NCBI RefSeq assembly: GCF_004010195.1
Contig: NC_057718.1
Location: 105,811,461-105,871,155 of the forward strand
Origin: Chiloscyllium plagiosum
Lineage: Eukaryota
Direction of reading: 5' to 3'
Length of the DNA stretch: 59,695 bases
Under the pieces are notes generated by a model, which was not told where the DNA came from, made no database searches, and was given only the letters and a program-made list of their open reading frames with translations. Each line of letters opens with the position of its first letter. Within the stretch, counting starts at the first letter, position 1. Below, piece by piece: positions 12,280-25,463 of this stretch. Made by a program: the position numbers and the translations under genes.

Positions 12280-14358
12280 TATCCATGTATATGTTGGCAG
12301 GTAAAGGGATGGCTGGAAATGGGAAGCCTTCAAAATGAGATAACGAGTGTCCAGAGACAGTATATTCCTGTTAAGGAGAAAGGAAAGGCTGGTAGGTGTG
12401 GAGAATGCTAGATGATGAGAGAAATTAAGGTTTTTGTTAAGAACAACAAGGAAGCATATGTCAGGTACCAAGTGAATCCTTAGAAGAGTACAAGGCAGTA
12501 GGAATATACATAAGAGGGAAATCAGGGGGGCAAATGGGAGATATAAGATAGCTTTGGCATATAGAATTATGGAGAATCCAAAGGTATTTTATAAATACAA
12601 TAAGAACAAAAGGATAACTAGGGAGAGAATAGGACTCGTCAAAGATTAGCAGCCGAAGTGTGGAATTGCAGGAGATGAGGGAGATACTAAACGAGTATTT
12701 TGCATCAGAGATTACTGTGGAGAAGGATATGGAAGTCACAGAATATGAGGAAATAGATGGCGACATCTTGAAAAAATGTCCATATTATAGACAGATTGGG
12801 CTGAACAGGGCTTAATGAATTCCAAAATATAGAAAAAAAACTTGTCATTCTCAAAAAAAATCAAGTGTGGCATAAGATTATCATGACAAGAATCTGCACC
12901 CATTTAATCAATAAATATAGATTTCTATAGTGCTTTGCTCAACCTCCAGACAATCCAAAGTGTTTTACAGCCAATTCTGATGCTGGATGTCTCAAAACGC
13001 ATAAAAAAGGTGGATAAATCACCAGGACCTGATCAGGTGTATCTCAGAATTCCGTGGGAAGCTAGCGAAATGATTGCTGGGCCCCTTGCTGAGATATTTG
13101 TATCATCGATAGTCACAGGTGAGGTGCCAGAAGACTGGAGGTTGACTAGAAATGTGCCATGATTTAAGAAAAAGTGGTAAGGAAAAGCCAGGGAACCAGA
13201 GACCAGTGAGCCTGACATCGGTGGTGGTCAAATTGTTGGAGGGAATCCTGAGGGACAGGATTTACATGTATTTGGAAAGGCAAGGAGTGATTAAGGATAG
13301 TCAACATGGTTTTATGTGTGGGAAATCATGTCTCACAAACTTAACTGAGTTTTTGAAGAAGTAACAAAGAGGACTGATGAAGGCAGAGCGGTGGACATGA
13401 TCTATCAGTAAGGCATTCGACAAGGTTCCTCATGGGAGACTGATTAGCAAGGTTAGATCTCATGGAATACAGGGAGAACTAGCCATTTGGATACAGAATT
13501 GGCTCAAAGGTAGAAGACAGAGGGTAGTGGTGGAGGGTTGTTTTTCAGAATGGGGGCCTGTGATCAGTGGTGTGCCACAAGGATCGGTGCAGGGTCCACT
13601 GCTTTTCATCATTTATATAAACGATTTGGATGTGAACATTTAAGAGGTATAGTTAGTAAATTTGCAGATAACACCAAAATTGTAGGTGTAGTGGACAGCG
13701 AACAAGGTTACCTCAGAGTACAACAGGATCTTGATCAAATGGGCCAATGGGCTGAGGCATGGCAGCTAGAGTTTAATTTAACTGTGAGGTGCTGTATTTT
13801 GGAAACACAAATCAGGGCAGAACTTATACACTTAATAGTAAGATCCTGGGGAGTGTTGCTGAACAAACAGCCCTTGGAGTACAGGTTCATAGTTCCTTGA
13901 AAGTGGAGTCATAGGTATATAGGATAGTGAAGGCAATGCTTGGTATGCTTTCCTTTATTGGTCAGAGCATTGAGTACAGGAGTTGTAGCTGTACAGGACA
14001 TTGGTGAGGCCACTTTTGGAATATTGTGTACAATTCTGGTCTCCTTCCCAGCGGAAGGAAGGATGTTGTGAAACTTGAAAGGGTTCAAAAAAGATTTACA
14101 AGGATGTTGCCAGGGTAGGAGGGCTTGAGCTTTAGGAAGAGACTGAATAGGCGGGGCTATTTTCCATGGAATATCAGAGGCTAAGGTGTGACTTTATAGG
14201 TGGTTTATAAAATCATGAGAGGCATGGATAAGGTAAATAGACAAGGTCTTTTCCCTGGATTGGAGGAGTCCAGAACTAGAGGGCATAAGTCTAGGATGAG
14301 AGGGGAAAGAATTAAAAAGGACCCAAGGGGCAACTTTTTCATGCAAAGAGTGGTGCAC
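12280..14358 (+). mobile_element. CR1 LINE ORF2 (linker and RT), frameshifted, lacking its 3' tail
   Basis: ORFs 12935, 13152, 13538, 14200: [34 protein letters not shown]. Confidence 0.93.
12792..12980 (+). repeat. Inserted copy of the 189-bp duplication, within CR1 ORF2
   Basis: Interrupts CR1 between gtccatattataga and tgctggatgtctcaaaacg. Confidence 0.95.
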
Positions 14359-14361
14359 TTA

Positions 14362-14820
14362 GGGACTGGTGGATATTACCCCTTATGTAAGTTTATGTTA
14401 CCCGTTATCAAAATCGCAACTTCCGTTCCTCTCTTGCCCCCCTTTCTAACCTTCCTATAGCATTTGTATCCTGGAACATTAAGCTGCCAGTCCTGTCCAT
14501 CCCTGAGCCATGTCTCTGTAATTGCTAAGATATCCCAGTCCCATGTTCTTGACCGTGCCCTGAGTTCATCTGCCGTCCCTGTTGGGCCTCTTGCATTGAA
14601 ATAAATGCAGTTTAATTTATCAGTCCTACGTTGTTCTCTGCTCTGTTCCTGCCTGCACTGACTGTTCGACTCGCTCCTTTTCCAAACTGTACCAGTCTCC
14701 AACTGATTGGTTTCCTCACTATCTTCATGGGTCACCACCACCCTCCCTCCCGGCCCCACCCCCCACCTTACCAATTTAAATCCTCCCGAGCAGCTCCAGC
14801 AAATCTCCCTACCTATATAT
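14362..14820 (-). mobile_element. CR1 5' ORF2 (APE endonuclease) fragment, inverted relative to the adjacent RT segment
   Basis: ORF 14376..14774 CIYFNARG...DILAITETWLRDGQDWQLNVPGY. Confidence 0.9.
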
Positions 14821-15167
14821 TACCTCTTTGCTAACTTTGAATTTCCCCAAAAGTGTAAGATGTCAGAATTAACGTGGAACGCACCTACATGATAACACCA
14901 TAGCACCAGTCTGCTTTAAAATAAACAAATCCATAATTTACCTGAAAAGCGCAGGGTAGTCTATGCCTTTGAGGGGAACTGAAATTGGTGAGAAAAAAAA
15001 ACGAAGTAATAATAGTATTGGCATCTTCTGACAGATTGCATAATCTGTCCTTCTGCAGTAGTTTAACTACGAGCATAAATTAGATTAACTTCTATTATTC
15101 TCTGACATCGCCATTACAATAGAAGCTGATTCAGATATAGAGAACTATTCAGTGGAGTGTCGAGAAA

Positions 15168-15635
15168 TTATAGAATGCCTGCAGTGTGGAAGCAGGCCAT
15201 TGAGCCTATCAATTCCACTCTGACCTCTCCAAAAAGCACCCCACGCAGACTCATCTCCCAACCTTATCCCTGTAATCCTGCATTTCCTATGGCTAATCCA
15301 TCTAGCCTACACATTCCTGGACACTACTGGCAATTTAGCATGGCCTATCCATCCTAACCTGCACATCTTTGGACTGAGAGAGGAAACTGGAGCATCCGGA
15401 GGAAACCCACACAGATGGCGGAGAACATGCAAACTCCACACAAACAGCCGCTGGAATCGAGCCCAGGTCCCTGACACTGTGATGTAGCAGTGCTAACCAC
15501 TGAGCTACCAAGCTGCCCCTTATCCATTTTCTTGAAATGGGGAAAATGTGCAAACTCCACTCCAGTCACCCAAGGCTAGAATCAAACCTGGATCCCTGGC
15601 ACTGTGAGGTGTCAGTGCCAACCACCGAGCCTCCT
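15168..15635 (-). mobile_element. HE1-type V-SINE (15168-15512) plus a second partial head (15540-15635)
   Basis: Reverse complement of ggtagctcagtggttagcactgct (A box), B box and V-domain. Confidence 0.88.
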
Positions 15636-15959
15636 GAACTACCCTATTGGCTCACCAGAAATCCTGCCTCAGAAACCACTCAATCCAGGTGGGATATAAA
15701 TTGTTATTCCAAATTATATTTGCACTGCAATCAATATCTCTGCACATCTCTGTCTCACCCTTTACTGTTCAGAATTCATATTCCACTATCAACGAAAAAG
15801 ACAACAGCACTTGGAAGCATGAGCCAGCACAAGTTCACAAACATTTAAACCAGGTGTTCCTACAGTCTGCCCGTAAGTTTCCAAGGCCTGTGATGCTTAC
15901 ACTGGGTCCCTGTTCACATTCACCATGGGGATGACGCAAGAGTTATTGATGGGACAAGG

Positions 15960-18015
15960 GCAATTATAATGCAATTAAGCAAGAATTAGGATGCAGAGTA
16001 TGGGTTATCAAAAAGCAGGGGATGGGGACAATCAAAATGTAGATCTGGTTTAAGGAACAGATATTGTGTGTCCTTGATAGCTATGTCCCTGTCAGGCAGG
16101 GAGGAAGTGATAAGGTAAGGGAACCGTGGTTTACTACAGAAATTGCATCTCTTGTTAAGCGGAAGAAGGAGGCTTATGTGTTGATGAGACAAGAGGATTC
16201 AGATGAAGCGATGGAGAGTTACAGATTAGGTAGGAAGGATTTAAAGAGAGAGTTAAGAAGAGCAAAGAGAGGACATGAGCAGCTTTTAGCAGGTAGAATA
16301 AAGGAAAATCCTAAAGCTTTCTATAGGTATGTGAGGAATAAAAGGATGATTAGGTAAGAATAGGGCCAGTCAAAAACAGAAGTGGGAAGTTGAGTGTGGA
16401 CCCTGTAGAGATTGGAGAAGTGCTAAACGAACATTTCTCATCCATTTTCACTCAGGAAAAGCAGAATATTGTAGAGGAGAAGAATGAGATATGAGACATT
16501 AGACTAGAAAGGATCGAGGTTAGTTACAAACAGGTGTTATCAATTCTCGAAGGACTGAAAGTAGACAAATCCCCTGGGCTGGATGAGATTTACCTGAGGA
16601 AGCTAGGGAGGAGCTAGCAGAGCCTTTGGCTTTGATATTAGAGTCGTCAATGTCTACAGATTTAGTACCTGAGGACTGGAGGATTGCAAATGTTTTGTTC
16701 TTGTTCAAGAAGGGCAGCAGAGATGACCCAGATAATTATAGACCAGTGAGCCTTACATCTGTTGTAGGAAAGATTTTGGAAAGGATTACAAGACATAGGA
16801 TTTATAATCACCTAGCAAGCAACAATTTGATTTCAGATAGTCAACATGGTTTCATCAAAGGCAGGTCGTGTCTCACAAACCTCTGAGTGTTTTGAGAAGG
16901 TGACCAAGCATGTAGATGAGGGTAGGGCAGTTGACGTGGTGTACATGGACCTCAGTAAAGCCTTTGATAAGGTTCCACATGGTAGGCTATTGGAGAAAAT
17001 GCAGAGGCATGGAATTGGGGGTGATTTAGCAGTTTGGATTAGAAATTGGCTTTCTGAAAGAAGGCAGCGAGTGGTGGTTGATGGAAAATATTCAGCATGG
17101 AGTCCGGATACTACTGGGGTGCCACAAGGATCTGTTTTGGGACCACTGCTGTTTGTCATTTTTATAAATTACTTAGACGCAAGCATAGGTGGATAGGTTA
17201 GTAAGTTTGCAGACGACACTAAAGTCAGTGGAGTAGTGGACAGTATGGAAGAATGTTGCAGGTTAAGGAGGGCTTGGATAAACTGCAGGATTGGGCTGAG
17301 AGGTGGCAAATGGAGTTCAATGCAGCTAAATGTGAGATGATTCACTTTGGCAAGAGTAACAGGAAGACAGAGTACTGGGTCAATGGAAAAATTCTTAGTA
17401 GTGTGAATGTGTGAATGTCCATGTACATAGATTCCTGAAAGTTGCCACCCAGGTTGATAGTGCTGCTAAGAAGGCATACGGTGTGTTAGGTTTCATAGGT
17501 AGAAGGATTGAGTTGTGGAGCCGCAATGTCATGCTGCAACTATACAAAATGCTAGTGCAGCCACACTTGGAACATTGTGTACAGTTCTGGTCGCCCCATT
17601 ACAGGAAAGATGTGGAAGCATTGGAAAAGGGGCAGAGGAGATTTACCAGAATGTTGCCTGGTCTGGAGGGAAGATCTTATGAGGAAAGGCTGACAGACTT
17701 GGGTCTGTCCTCATTGGAAAGAAGAAGGCTAAGAGGGGATTTGATAGAGACATACAAGATGATCAGAGGATTAGATAGCGCAGACAGTGAAAGTCTTTTT
17801 CCTAGGCTGATGATGTCAGCTTGTACTAGGGGGCATAATTACAAATTGAGGGGTGATAGATTTAAGATAGATGTCAGAGGCAGGTTCTTTACTCAGAGTG
17901 GTAAGGGCGTGGAATGCCCTACCTGCCAATGTAGTTAATTCAGCCACATTAGGGAGATTTAAACAATCCTTGGATAAGCACATGGATGATGATGGGATAC
18001 TGTAGGGGGGGTGAT
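15960..18015 (+). mobile_element. CR1 LINE ~2 kb, RT domain, degenerate
   Basis: ORFs 16064, 16626, 16846, 17411: [43 protein letters not shown]. Confidence 0.94.
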
Positions 18016-18049
18016 CTGATCTCAGACTCAACTCCACAGTCATGCTTGA

Positions 18050-19300
18050 TCCCAATAATCCTTTAACCCATTACTAATTAAAAATCGGCTTATCTTCTCC
18101 TGAAGTTTATTCCATGTCCCAGCATCCCACTATACTCTGGGGTACTGAATTCCACAGATTCACAATCCTTTAACAGCAGTAATTTCTTACCATCTCTGCT
18201 TTAAATTTGCTACTCCTTATCCTAAAATTATGACAGCTTGTTCTAGACTGCCTCCCTCTTTACATCAACTTTGTCAATCCACTTTAGCATCTTATATATC
18301 TTAGAGTCATAGAGGCATAAAGATGTGCAGCATGGAAACAGACCCTTAGGTCCAACCCGTCCATGCCGACTAGATATCCCAACCCAATCTATTACTACCT
18401 GCCAGCACCCGGCCCATATCCTTCCAAACCCTTCCTATTCATATACCCATCCAAATGCCTCTTAAACGTTGCAATTGTACAAGCCTCCACCACTTCCTCT
18501 GGCAGTTCATTCCATACACATACCACCCTCCGTGTGAAAAAGCTGCCCCTTAGGTCTCTTTTATATCTTTCCCCTCTCACCCTAAACCTATGCCCTCTAG
18601 TTCTGGACTCCCCGATCCCAGGGAAAAGACTTTGTCTATTTACCCTATCCATGCCCCTCATAATTTTGTAAACCTCTATAAGATCACCCCTCAGCCTCCG
18701 ATGCTCCAGGGAAAACAGCCCCAGCCTGTTCAGCCTCTCCCTAAAGCTCAAATCCTCCAACCCTGGCAATCCTTGTAAATATTTTCTGAACCCTTTCAAA
18801 TTTCACAACATCTTTCCAATCGGAAGGAGACCAGAATTGCACGCAATATTACAACAGTGGCCGAACCAATGTCCTGTACAGATGCAACATGACCTCCCAA
18901 CACCTGTACTCAATACTCTGACCAATAAAGGAAAGCATACCAAACGCCTTCTTCACTATCCTATCTACCTGCAACTCCACTTTCAAGGAGCTATGAACCT
19001 GCACTCCAAGATTAGATCTCCTCTTGTTCTTCTCAACTCTAGCGGGTTAGGTCTAAACTGTTCAATTTCTCTTCATATGACAGGCCTTTCATTTCTGAAA
19101 TTAATGAAGTGAACCTTCTCTGAATTGCCTCCAATGTAACTGGGATCAAAATTGTACACAGTATTCCAGATGCAGTCTCACCAATACCTTGTACAATTGC
19201 AGCACTTCCCTGCTTTTATACTCTATTTCTTGAGCAATAAATGCTAAAATTCCATCTGCCTTACTAATTACCTGCTGTACCTGCATACTAGCTTTCTGCA
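18050..19300 (-). mobile_element. Older CR1 with a younger CR1 3' end (18302-19011) nested in it
   Basis: ORFs 18395..18799 and 19146..19379; ttaga repeated at both ends of the insert. Confidence 0.88.
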
Positions 19301-19902
19301 ATTCATAGCATATGTTCCAATAGTAGTGAAAAGCACTATAAAAATGTAAGCCTTTCTTATATCGAGGAAATTCTGACATTACAAACTGTTAAGTAACAAG
19401 TGACATCCTTATCACATATTCATCTCACTCTTACTTCCCGAACATTTTTTTTTATTTTGACCTTAACTATTCCAATACATATTTTTCAACAATATATAAT
19501 ATATTCCAAGGCCTCTGTTAATGCTTCTCCATATTCCAGACTGTGGCGAGCACTGACAGATTTAATTGACTTTTCTCTAATAAGGCAGCACATCACCTCT
19601 GTTTGACTTTCCCAATCACTTAATTAGTCAAAATCCAGGAATTCATATAGGTCAAGTTGCTAAAATAACCAAAGCACTACCACCCTTTTTTAAAAAATAT
19701 ACACAAATGCAATTTGATTTCATGGTGCAATTCTTTGAGGTTGGTCACAAATCAGCTGGATCAGGTGCCAGAAAAGTTTAATTTATAAGAGCAAAGAAAA
19801 TGGGTCTACCTTCTGGTAGTGCTACTTGGTTTGGAAAATACGTAACATTAACAATCCAACCTGTAAAGCAGTGAAGTAACAATAATACAACACTAAACTT
19901 AC

Positions 19903-19956
19903 ATTTTCTATAACGAAAGTCCATTCTTTATCTTCAAATTCCTCAGCATGTGGATC
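19903..19956 (-). CDS. EHBP1: EHBP1 coding exon (54 nt): DPHAEEFEDKEWTFVIEN
   Basis: Acceptor ttcacttttcag|GAT CCA CAT ... GAA AAT|gtaagt donor; phase 0/0; continues the previous exon in frame. Confidence 0.97.
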
Positions 19957-21292
19957 CTGAAAAGTGAATATAAAATTATTTTACAGTTACTATAATTCCA
20001 GTTTTAAAAATGTCCATATGTGATGTGAACAGCTTGTAATTGCATACAGACAAAATAAACAGAAAAAAATGGCTGTTTGCCACTTTGTACAATGGGTGAG
20101 AATTAATCAGAAGTACAAAATGCTCTCAGTATTTTTCTACATGCAGGAGTGGAAAATGAACAAAAGCATTATATAAAAATAAATACATGTAATTTATTTC
20201 TAAGCAGGAATTAATCTAATAAAACATTTATGGTCAACTGCTTATCAATTAATCTGCAATAATCATCTTGCATCAACTAATGGTATACTTTGGCCAGTAC
20301 CCAAAACCTCACCCATGGCAATGGACAAGACAGCATACAGAGTTCTTATGGAACTGCCAGAGGCATCAACTACTATCAAGAGATAAGCCCAAGGCTTCTT
20401 CACATTACAGTTCTACAGAATAATTTCCATTCACTATTAATGACAATGCAGTGCATTTGGTTGTTTTGAAAAGTATTCTTATTAGTGCTGTTTTTATTGT
20501 ACAAGTCAGAGTATATTATTTTTAAAAATAACAAAGTACAAGACAAATTAAACCCTTCAAAATAATTGTTTTGTTTTTCATAAAAGCACTACTCAAACTC
20601 CTCAGTTAAATAACAAATTATTCATTCACTCCAAACAATTCCCATATCTTAATACTATTTGACAATAATGGAGTGTGAATTTGTAACAAAATATAGTTCT
20701 GTTTGCACTTTTATCATTTCATTACAATGAATCATGGAAACCAGATAAAAAAAACTGCAAGTTAGGACTGCAAACGAGCAAGAACCAGCATATACCAACA
20801 TATTGAAATTGCTTTCTCCAAGAGATCAGTTATGTTTTTCTGCAATAGTACAATTACAAATGACAAGGCTTTTCCTACAGGAAACTGAAAGCTGTAATTA
20901 TGCACATCAGTTCATGCTGGAGATGTGTTACATCCACAGACTGCATAGCAACTGTTATGTAAAATATATTAGATGTTGAGGTTGCTAGGCAGATTACTCA
21001 GTTTAACATTTTTTGTTTCATCAGTAGCTGATAGCATTATAAATACACACAAATGGCAAGCTATTTTGAAAATGATTTGAAGCTTTAGTTTATTATATGC
21101 AGAACAGCATTAGTTGTAAACATGAGCTAATGATGCTTATTTTAGCTGTCGTTTTACCATTTCATTGATTTGACCCATATTTTGCTAAGGCTCAGGTACA
21201 AGCTTGTTTTGTCATAAAGCACCACTCTAGCTAATTAGCCTTCTAATGTGGAAGCTGGTACAGCAGAAACAGGAGATTAGAAGTTGCTATAC

Positions 21293-21388
21293 CTTGAAAA
21301 GAGTCACAGTGATTTCAATGTTTTCAGGAACAGGCCAAACCACAACTCCTCGATATGGATTTTTAATTCCTGGTTGCCAGCTATGAGC
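21293..21388 (-). CDS. EHBP1: EHBP1 coding exon (96 nt): AHSWQPGIKNPYRGVVVWPVPENIEITVTLFK
   Basis: Within ORF 21287..21469; acceptor tttctgtttccttttgaag|, donor |gtatag, phase 0/0. GIKNPYRGVVVWPVPENIEI fits EHBP1 rather than EHBP1L1. Confidence 0.97.
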
Positions 21389-21539
21389 CTTCAAAAGGAA
21401 ACAGAAAGCAAAAACATTTAATAATTTATACATATCACAAATGTAACCCAAAATTTCCATTAAAGCCATAAAGCATGTTTAAACAATATTATAACCTACA
21501 AATTATAAAGACAATCCCAAAAATGCAGAGTAACACACA

Positions 21540-22330
21540 TAGAAAGGATTGATAGGCTAGATCTCTCTTCTCCTGAGAAAAGGACAGTGGTGACCTACTA
21601 GAGGTCTTTCAATTCATGAAAAGTTTTGATAAAGGGAATAGAGAGAGAATACTTCCCTCAGCATAAATGAAAAATCATTCATATAGGATAGTCACCAAGA
21701 ATGTTGATGGGAGATTTAGAAGAAACATCTTTTCCTAAGCAAGAGAATGTGGAACGTGCTACCAGGGGAGCAGGTGAAGCCAAAGGAGCAATTAGACAAG
21801 CATGGGAGAGAAGTAAATAAAGGACTGCGAATGATAGGCAGAGGTGAAGAAAGATGGAATAAGGTGCAAATGTAGCACACACCAGCACCAATTGTTGGGC
21901 CAAACAGCCCATTTCCGTAACATTAAGGGTGTGAAATCTTGCATTTTCTACCAAATTGCATTGCATTGTACTTATCTGAGTTTAGCACCATATGCCATTG
22001 CTCTGAGCCAAACACAGAAGATCCTCTATACCAACCTCACCAAATGTAATGTCATCACCAAACTGAAATACTTTGAAGAATACATTTACAAAAAGATAAA
22101 GAATACAGCCCGAGATCATGCCTTCAAACCAACGTGATTTTGCCCTGCACGCTAGATCCTCTGATCTACATCACCTATTCAAACTTTCAGTACAATGGTC
22201 TGCTATCCATTCCAGATAAAATGTTATGTAAATCACACTGTTCTCCATGAGATCTGTACTTGTAAAACCATTTCAGTAAATTGATTAGTTAACATCTTCC
22301 CCTCGAGTCCATGCTAGCACTCTCTCATCC
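21540..22330. mobile_element. Old CR1 fragments in the 1.1-kb EHBP1 intron (plus ~21540-21900, minus ~21990-22330)
   Basis: gaggtctttcaattcatgaaaagttttgataa, tttagaagaaacatcttt and gaatgtggaac motifs; heavily degraded. Confidence 0.6.
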
Positions 22331-22485
22331 TTTAATCCACCTTCAGACTTGACAGTTCTAATGTAATTAACTAAAAATCCTTTTCCAGATGACTGTTATA
22401 TTTTTGTTTTAAAACTCATTACTAAGTTGTTTGATAAATTCAAACAGATTCCTGATACTTCCACCTAAAAAGATTTTATGTATAC

Positions 22486-22543
22486 CTTGGAAGATTTCCG
22501 TCTGCTTCTTCTTGTCCAAACCACTACAAGCTTGTCAGGTTGC
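22486..22543 (-). CDS. EHBP1: EHBP1 coding exon (58 nt), NT-C2 domain: (W)QPDKLVVVWTRRSRRKSSK
   Basis: Minus strand reads ttcattttattag|G CAA CCT GAC AAG CTT GTA GTG GTT TGG ACA AGA AGA AGC AGA CGG AAA TCT TCC AAG|gtatac. AG/GT boundaries; peptide matches the vertebrate EHBP1 N-terminus as I recall it. Not in the ORF track. Confidence 0.96.
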
Positions 22544-23269
22544 CTAATAAAATGAACAGTAAAGAAAATTAGCTCATCAATTACTTCACAGAAGCAATAT
22601 TTTCTAGCAATTTATCGTTTGTCAACGATGTCCACAAGCTTAACAAATATTGAACCATATTAAATATCGAGTAGCATACTGTTTGAAGAAAACTAAAGAA
22701 TATAAATCAACTTATTTACAGTGTTCTCAATGTAGAAAAATATCCAAGGCTGCTACAGAAAGGTGTAATGAGACAAAATGGACTAGTGATGTATAAGTGG
22801 ACAAAGTTGACAGAGTGTGTAAAGAATGGGTAGGGTTGGGATGCATGCATGAGTTGTCAAAAACTGGAGATTACAGAGACAGGAAGCAACAAGGCTATGA
22901 AAGGATTAATATTTTAAACTGGAATTATCAGGAGAACAGAAGGCCACAAATGAAGGCAAGGAGAGGAGTGATGGATGAGTAAGTCCTGGTGAAAGATGGG
23001 ATATAAACAGCATGGAATATATAAGTTGAGGATTACATGGAGTAAAGTTTGATGAGGAGAGACTGGAATGGTAGAGACTGGAAATGCCAACATTGTGTAA
23101 AATAGTTCAGGGGAAGGATAGCTTGAGTAGTGCAAAAGACATGCTAAAGTGTGCATTCACATTTCTTATTTTATTACAGGACAAAAGGAGGTCATCTAAC
23201 AAATAATGTCTGCACAGAATCTTCAATATGCAGTTTCTTTTTGCTTGTGCATGAGATGCAATAGTGTGG

Positions 23270-23765
23270 AGGAGCCACTGTTGGACTGGGGTGGACAAAT
23301 TAAAAATCACACAACACCAAGTTATAATCCAACAGGTTTATTTGGAAGTACAAGCTTTTGGAACGCTATTCCTTCAAAAGGTAGCTGTGGAGCAGGACCA
23401 TAAGATACAGAATTTACAGCAAAAGATTACAGTGTCATGCAACTGAAATGATATATTAAACAAACATAGCTTGCTGTTAAGTCTCCCATCTTTTAGAATG
23501 AGTTACAGGTTTCGGTTCATTAATATGTAAATCTCAGAATTTAAGTCACATTCTCGAGATAACTTAAGGTTTATAGAAAAAGGTGACATCTCAGCTCAGA
23601 TAATGCATTAAAGGTGTGAGGTTAGAGTCTGTCTGTATCCCAATCTTGAGTCAGACTGGTTCTATTTCCAAAGTAGGAATTCATAAAATGGATTGAGTGC
23701 CTGCGGATTGTTTGCTTTTTGAGCAAAATAGAATGTGTCTGCAAATACAAATTCACCCCATAGCC

Positions 23766-23812
<47 letters not shown>

Positions 23813-24140
23813 TGCATGTAAATATGTGTGTGTGTGTGAGTGTGTGCAAGTGAATGTGTGTTTGCATGTGCAAGTGCTTGGTAGTGTGTGTAGGTGTGAC
23901 AGAGTATAAGCCTGAGAGAGGGTGCGTGTGTGGTTGAGAGTGAGGGGGATGTATGTGTGTTGTATGAGAGAGGGTATGTGTGTCTGTATGTATCTGAAAG
24001 TGTGGGGGAGAAAGTGTGTGTTTTGGCGGGGGGGGGGGGGGAGGAGGGGGAGGGGAAGAGAAAAAAATAGTGTAGTGGTGTTACCTGTCGGGTAACATGA
24101 ACCCAAGGTCCCGGTTGAGGCCATCCTCACGGGTACCTGA
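23270..24140 (-). mobile_element. PLE family A 3' region with internal (GT)n/(GA)n and G-rich tract
   Basis: Reverse complement of 4310-4797 and 6640-7100; microsatellite at 23766-23870. Confidence 0.78.
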
Positions 24141-24640
24141 TTAAGGAGCAGTGCTCCAAAAGTCTGTACTTCCAGATAGACCTGTTGGGACTACATGAGA
24201 TGAAAGCCAGCATTTATTTCCCATTCCTAATTGCCCAAAGTCAATCACATTGCTGTGATTCCGGAGTCTGTGTAGGCCAGACACAGAAGAGATGACAGAT
24301 TTCAATCCTGGACTGGGGTGAACAAAGTTAAAGATCACACACCATGTTATAGACAATGTTATAGATATTTATATATTAATGAATCGAAATCTGCAACCCC
24401 ATTCTAAATGATTAAAGACTTAATGGCAATCTAGGTTTGTTCAATACATCGCATCAGTTGTATGACACTTTGATCTTTTACTATAAATTCTGTGCCCCTT
24501 GATCCTGCCCCACTAGTTACCTGACGAAGGAGCAACGTTCCAAAAGCTTGTACTTCCAAATAATCCTGTTGGGACTATAACATGGGGTTGTGTGATCTTT
24601 AACTTTGCCCATCCCAGTCCAACACTGGCACCTCTACTTC
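24141..24640 (+). mobile_element. PLE family A terminal repeats (inverted relative to 23270-24140) with a SINE fragment at ~24195-24303
   Basis: ctgacgaaggagcaacgttccaaaagcttgtacttccaaataatcctgttgggactataac...cccagtccaacactggcacctc. Confidence 0.7.
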
Positions 24641-25463
24641 CTAATGGGTCTGAACAGAGTAAATACAGAGAAATTGATTCAGCTTATAAAAGGTTTGAGA
24701 ACCAAAGAGCACAGATTTAAAATGATGTGCAAAATCAACAAATGGTCAGAGAACCAATGCAGAGATAATGGCCTCCTTCAGCACAAAAACAATTTGGAGA
24801 TTCTATTTGACACTGAAACAATATTTAAATTTACTGTTTCTCTCTCCACAGATTCTACCTTAACTGCTAACTTGAAAATTCCAGCATCAACAGGGCTACT
24901 TTTGTATTTTTTGATATTGAAACGTCTAGGGTCAACTGAAGTAAATTATGTCTTGAGTACAAACATCTGTTAAGTATTACAATAATTCTAAATAAGGTAA
25001 TTTGGTGCTGCGCATTTTGCAGTGCTGGGATAGTAAACTATTTGGTAGTTACTATCTTGGTACAAGCCCAACACGGATGAAAGCCCAGCACTAAACCATT
25101 CTACTTAAATTTTCCAACTCTGATAGACTTTTATGAGAAATATGTCACATTCTAAATCAGATAAAAAGCAAATAAAACAGATGACAGCAAATGTCGTGTG
25201 AATTAATCTCCAGGAATAGGTCCAACCAGAGCTGGCAACTATGTTATTGTGATTTTGAATTTTGCTCACGAGTTTCTCTTAAACAAGCAATTACAAGATT
25301 ATATTATGGCATGTAGATTAGAAACTTGTTACTTTAAAACTACTTCAATCAGTCTAACAAAATAAACAGTGTGGATTTTTACGGTAAACATTAAAAATTG
25401 TTCAGTATATGTAGGATCACAATATAACCTATTGACACAATTACAGAATAGGCTACAAACAAT

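Noticed and set aside
23622..24130. His/Thr-rich ORFs and a G-rich tract
   Set aside because: Translation of (CA)n/(CT)n microsatellite within a PLE UTR.
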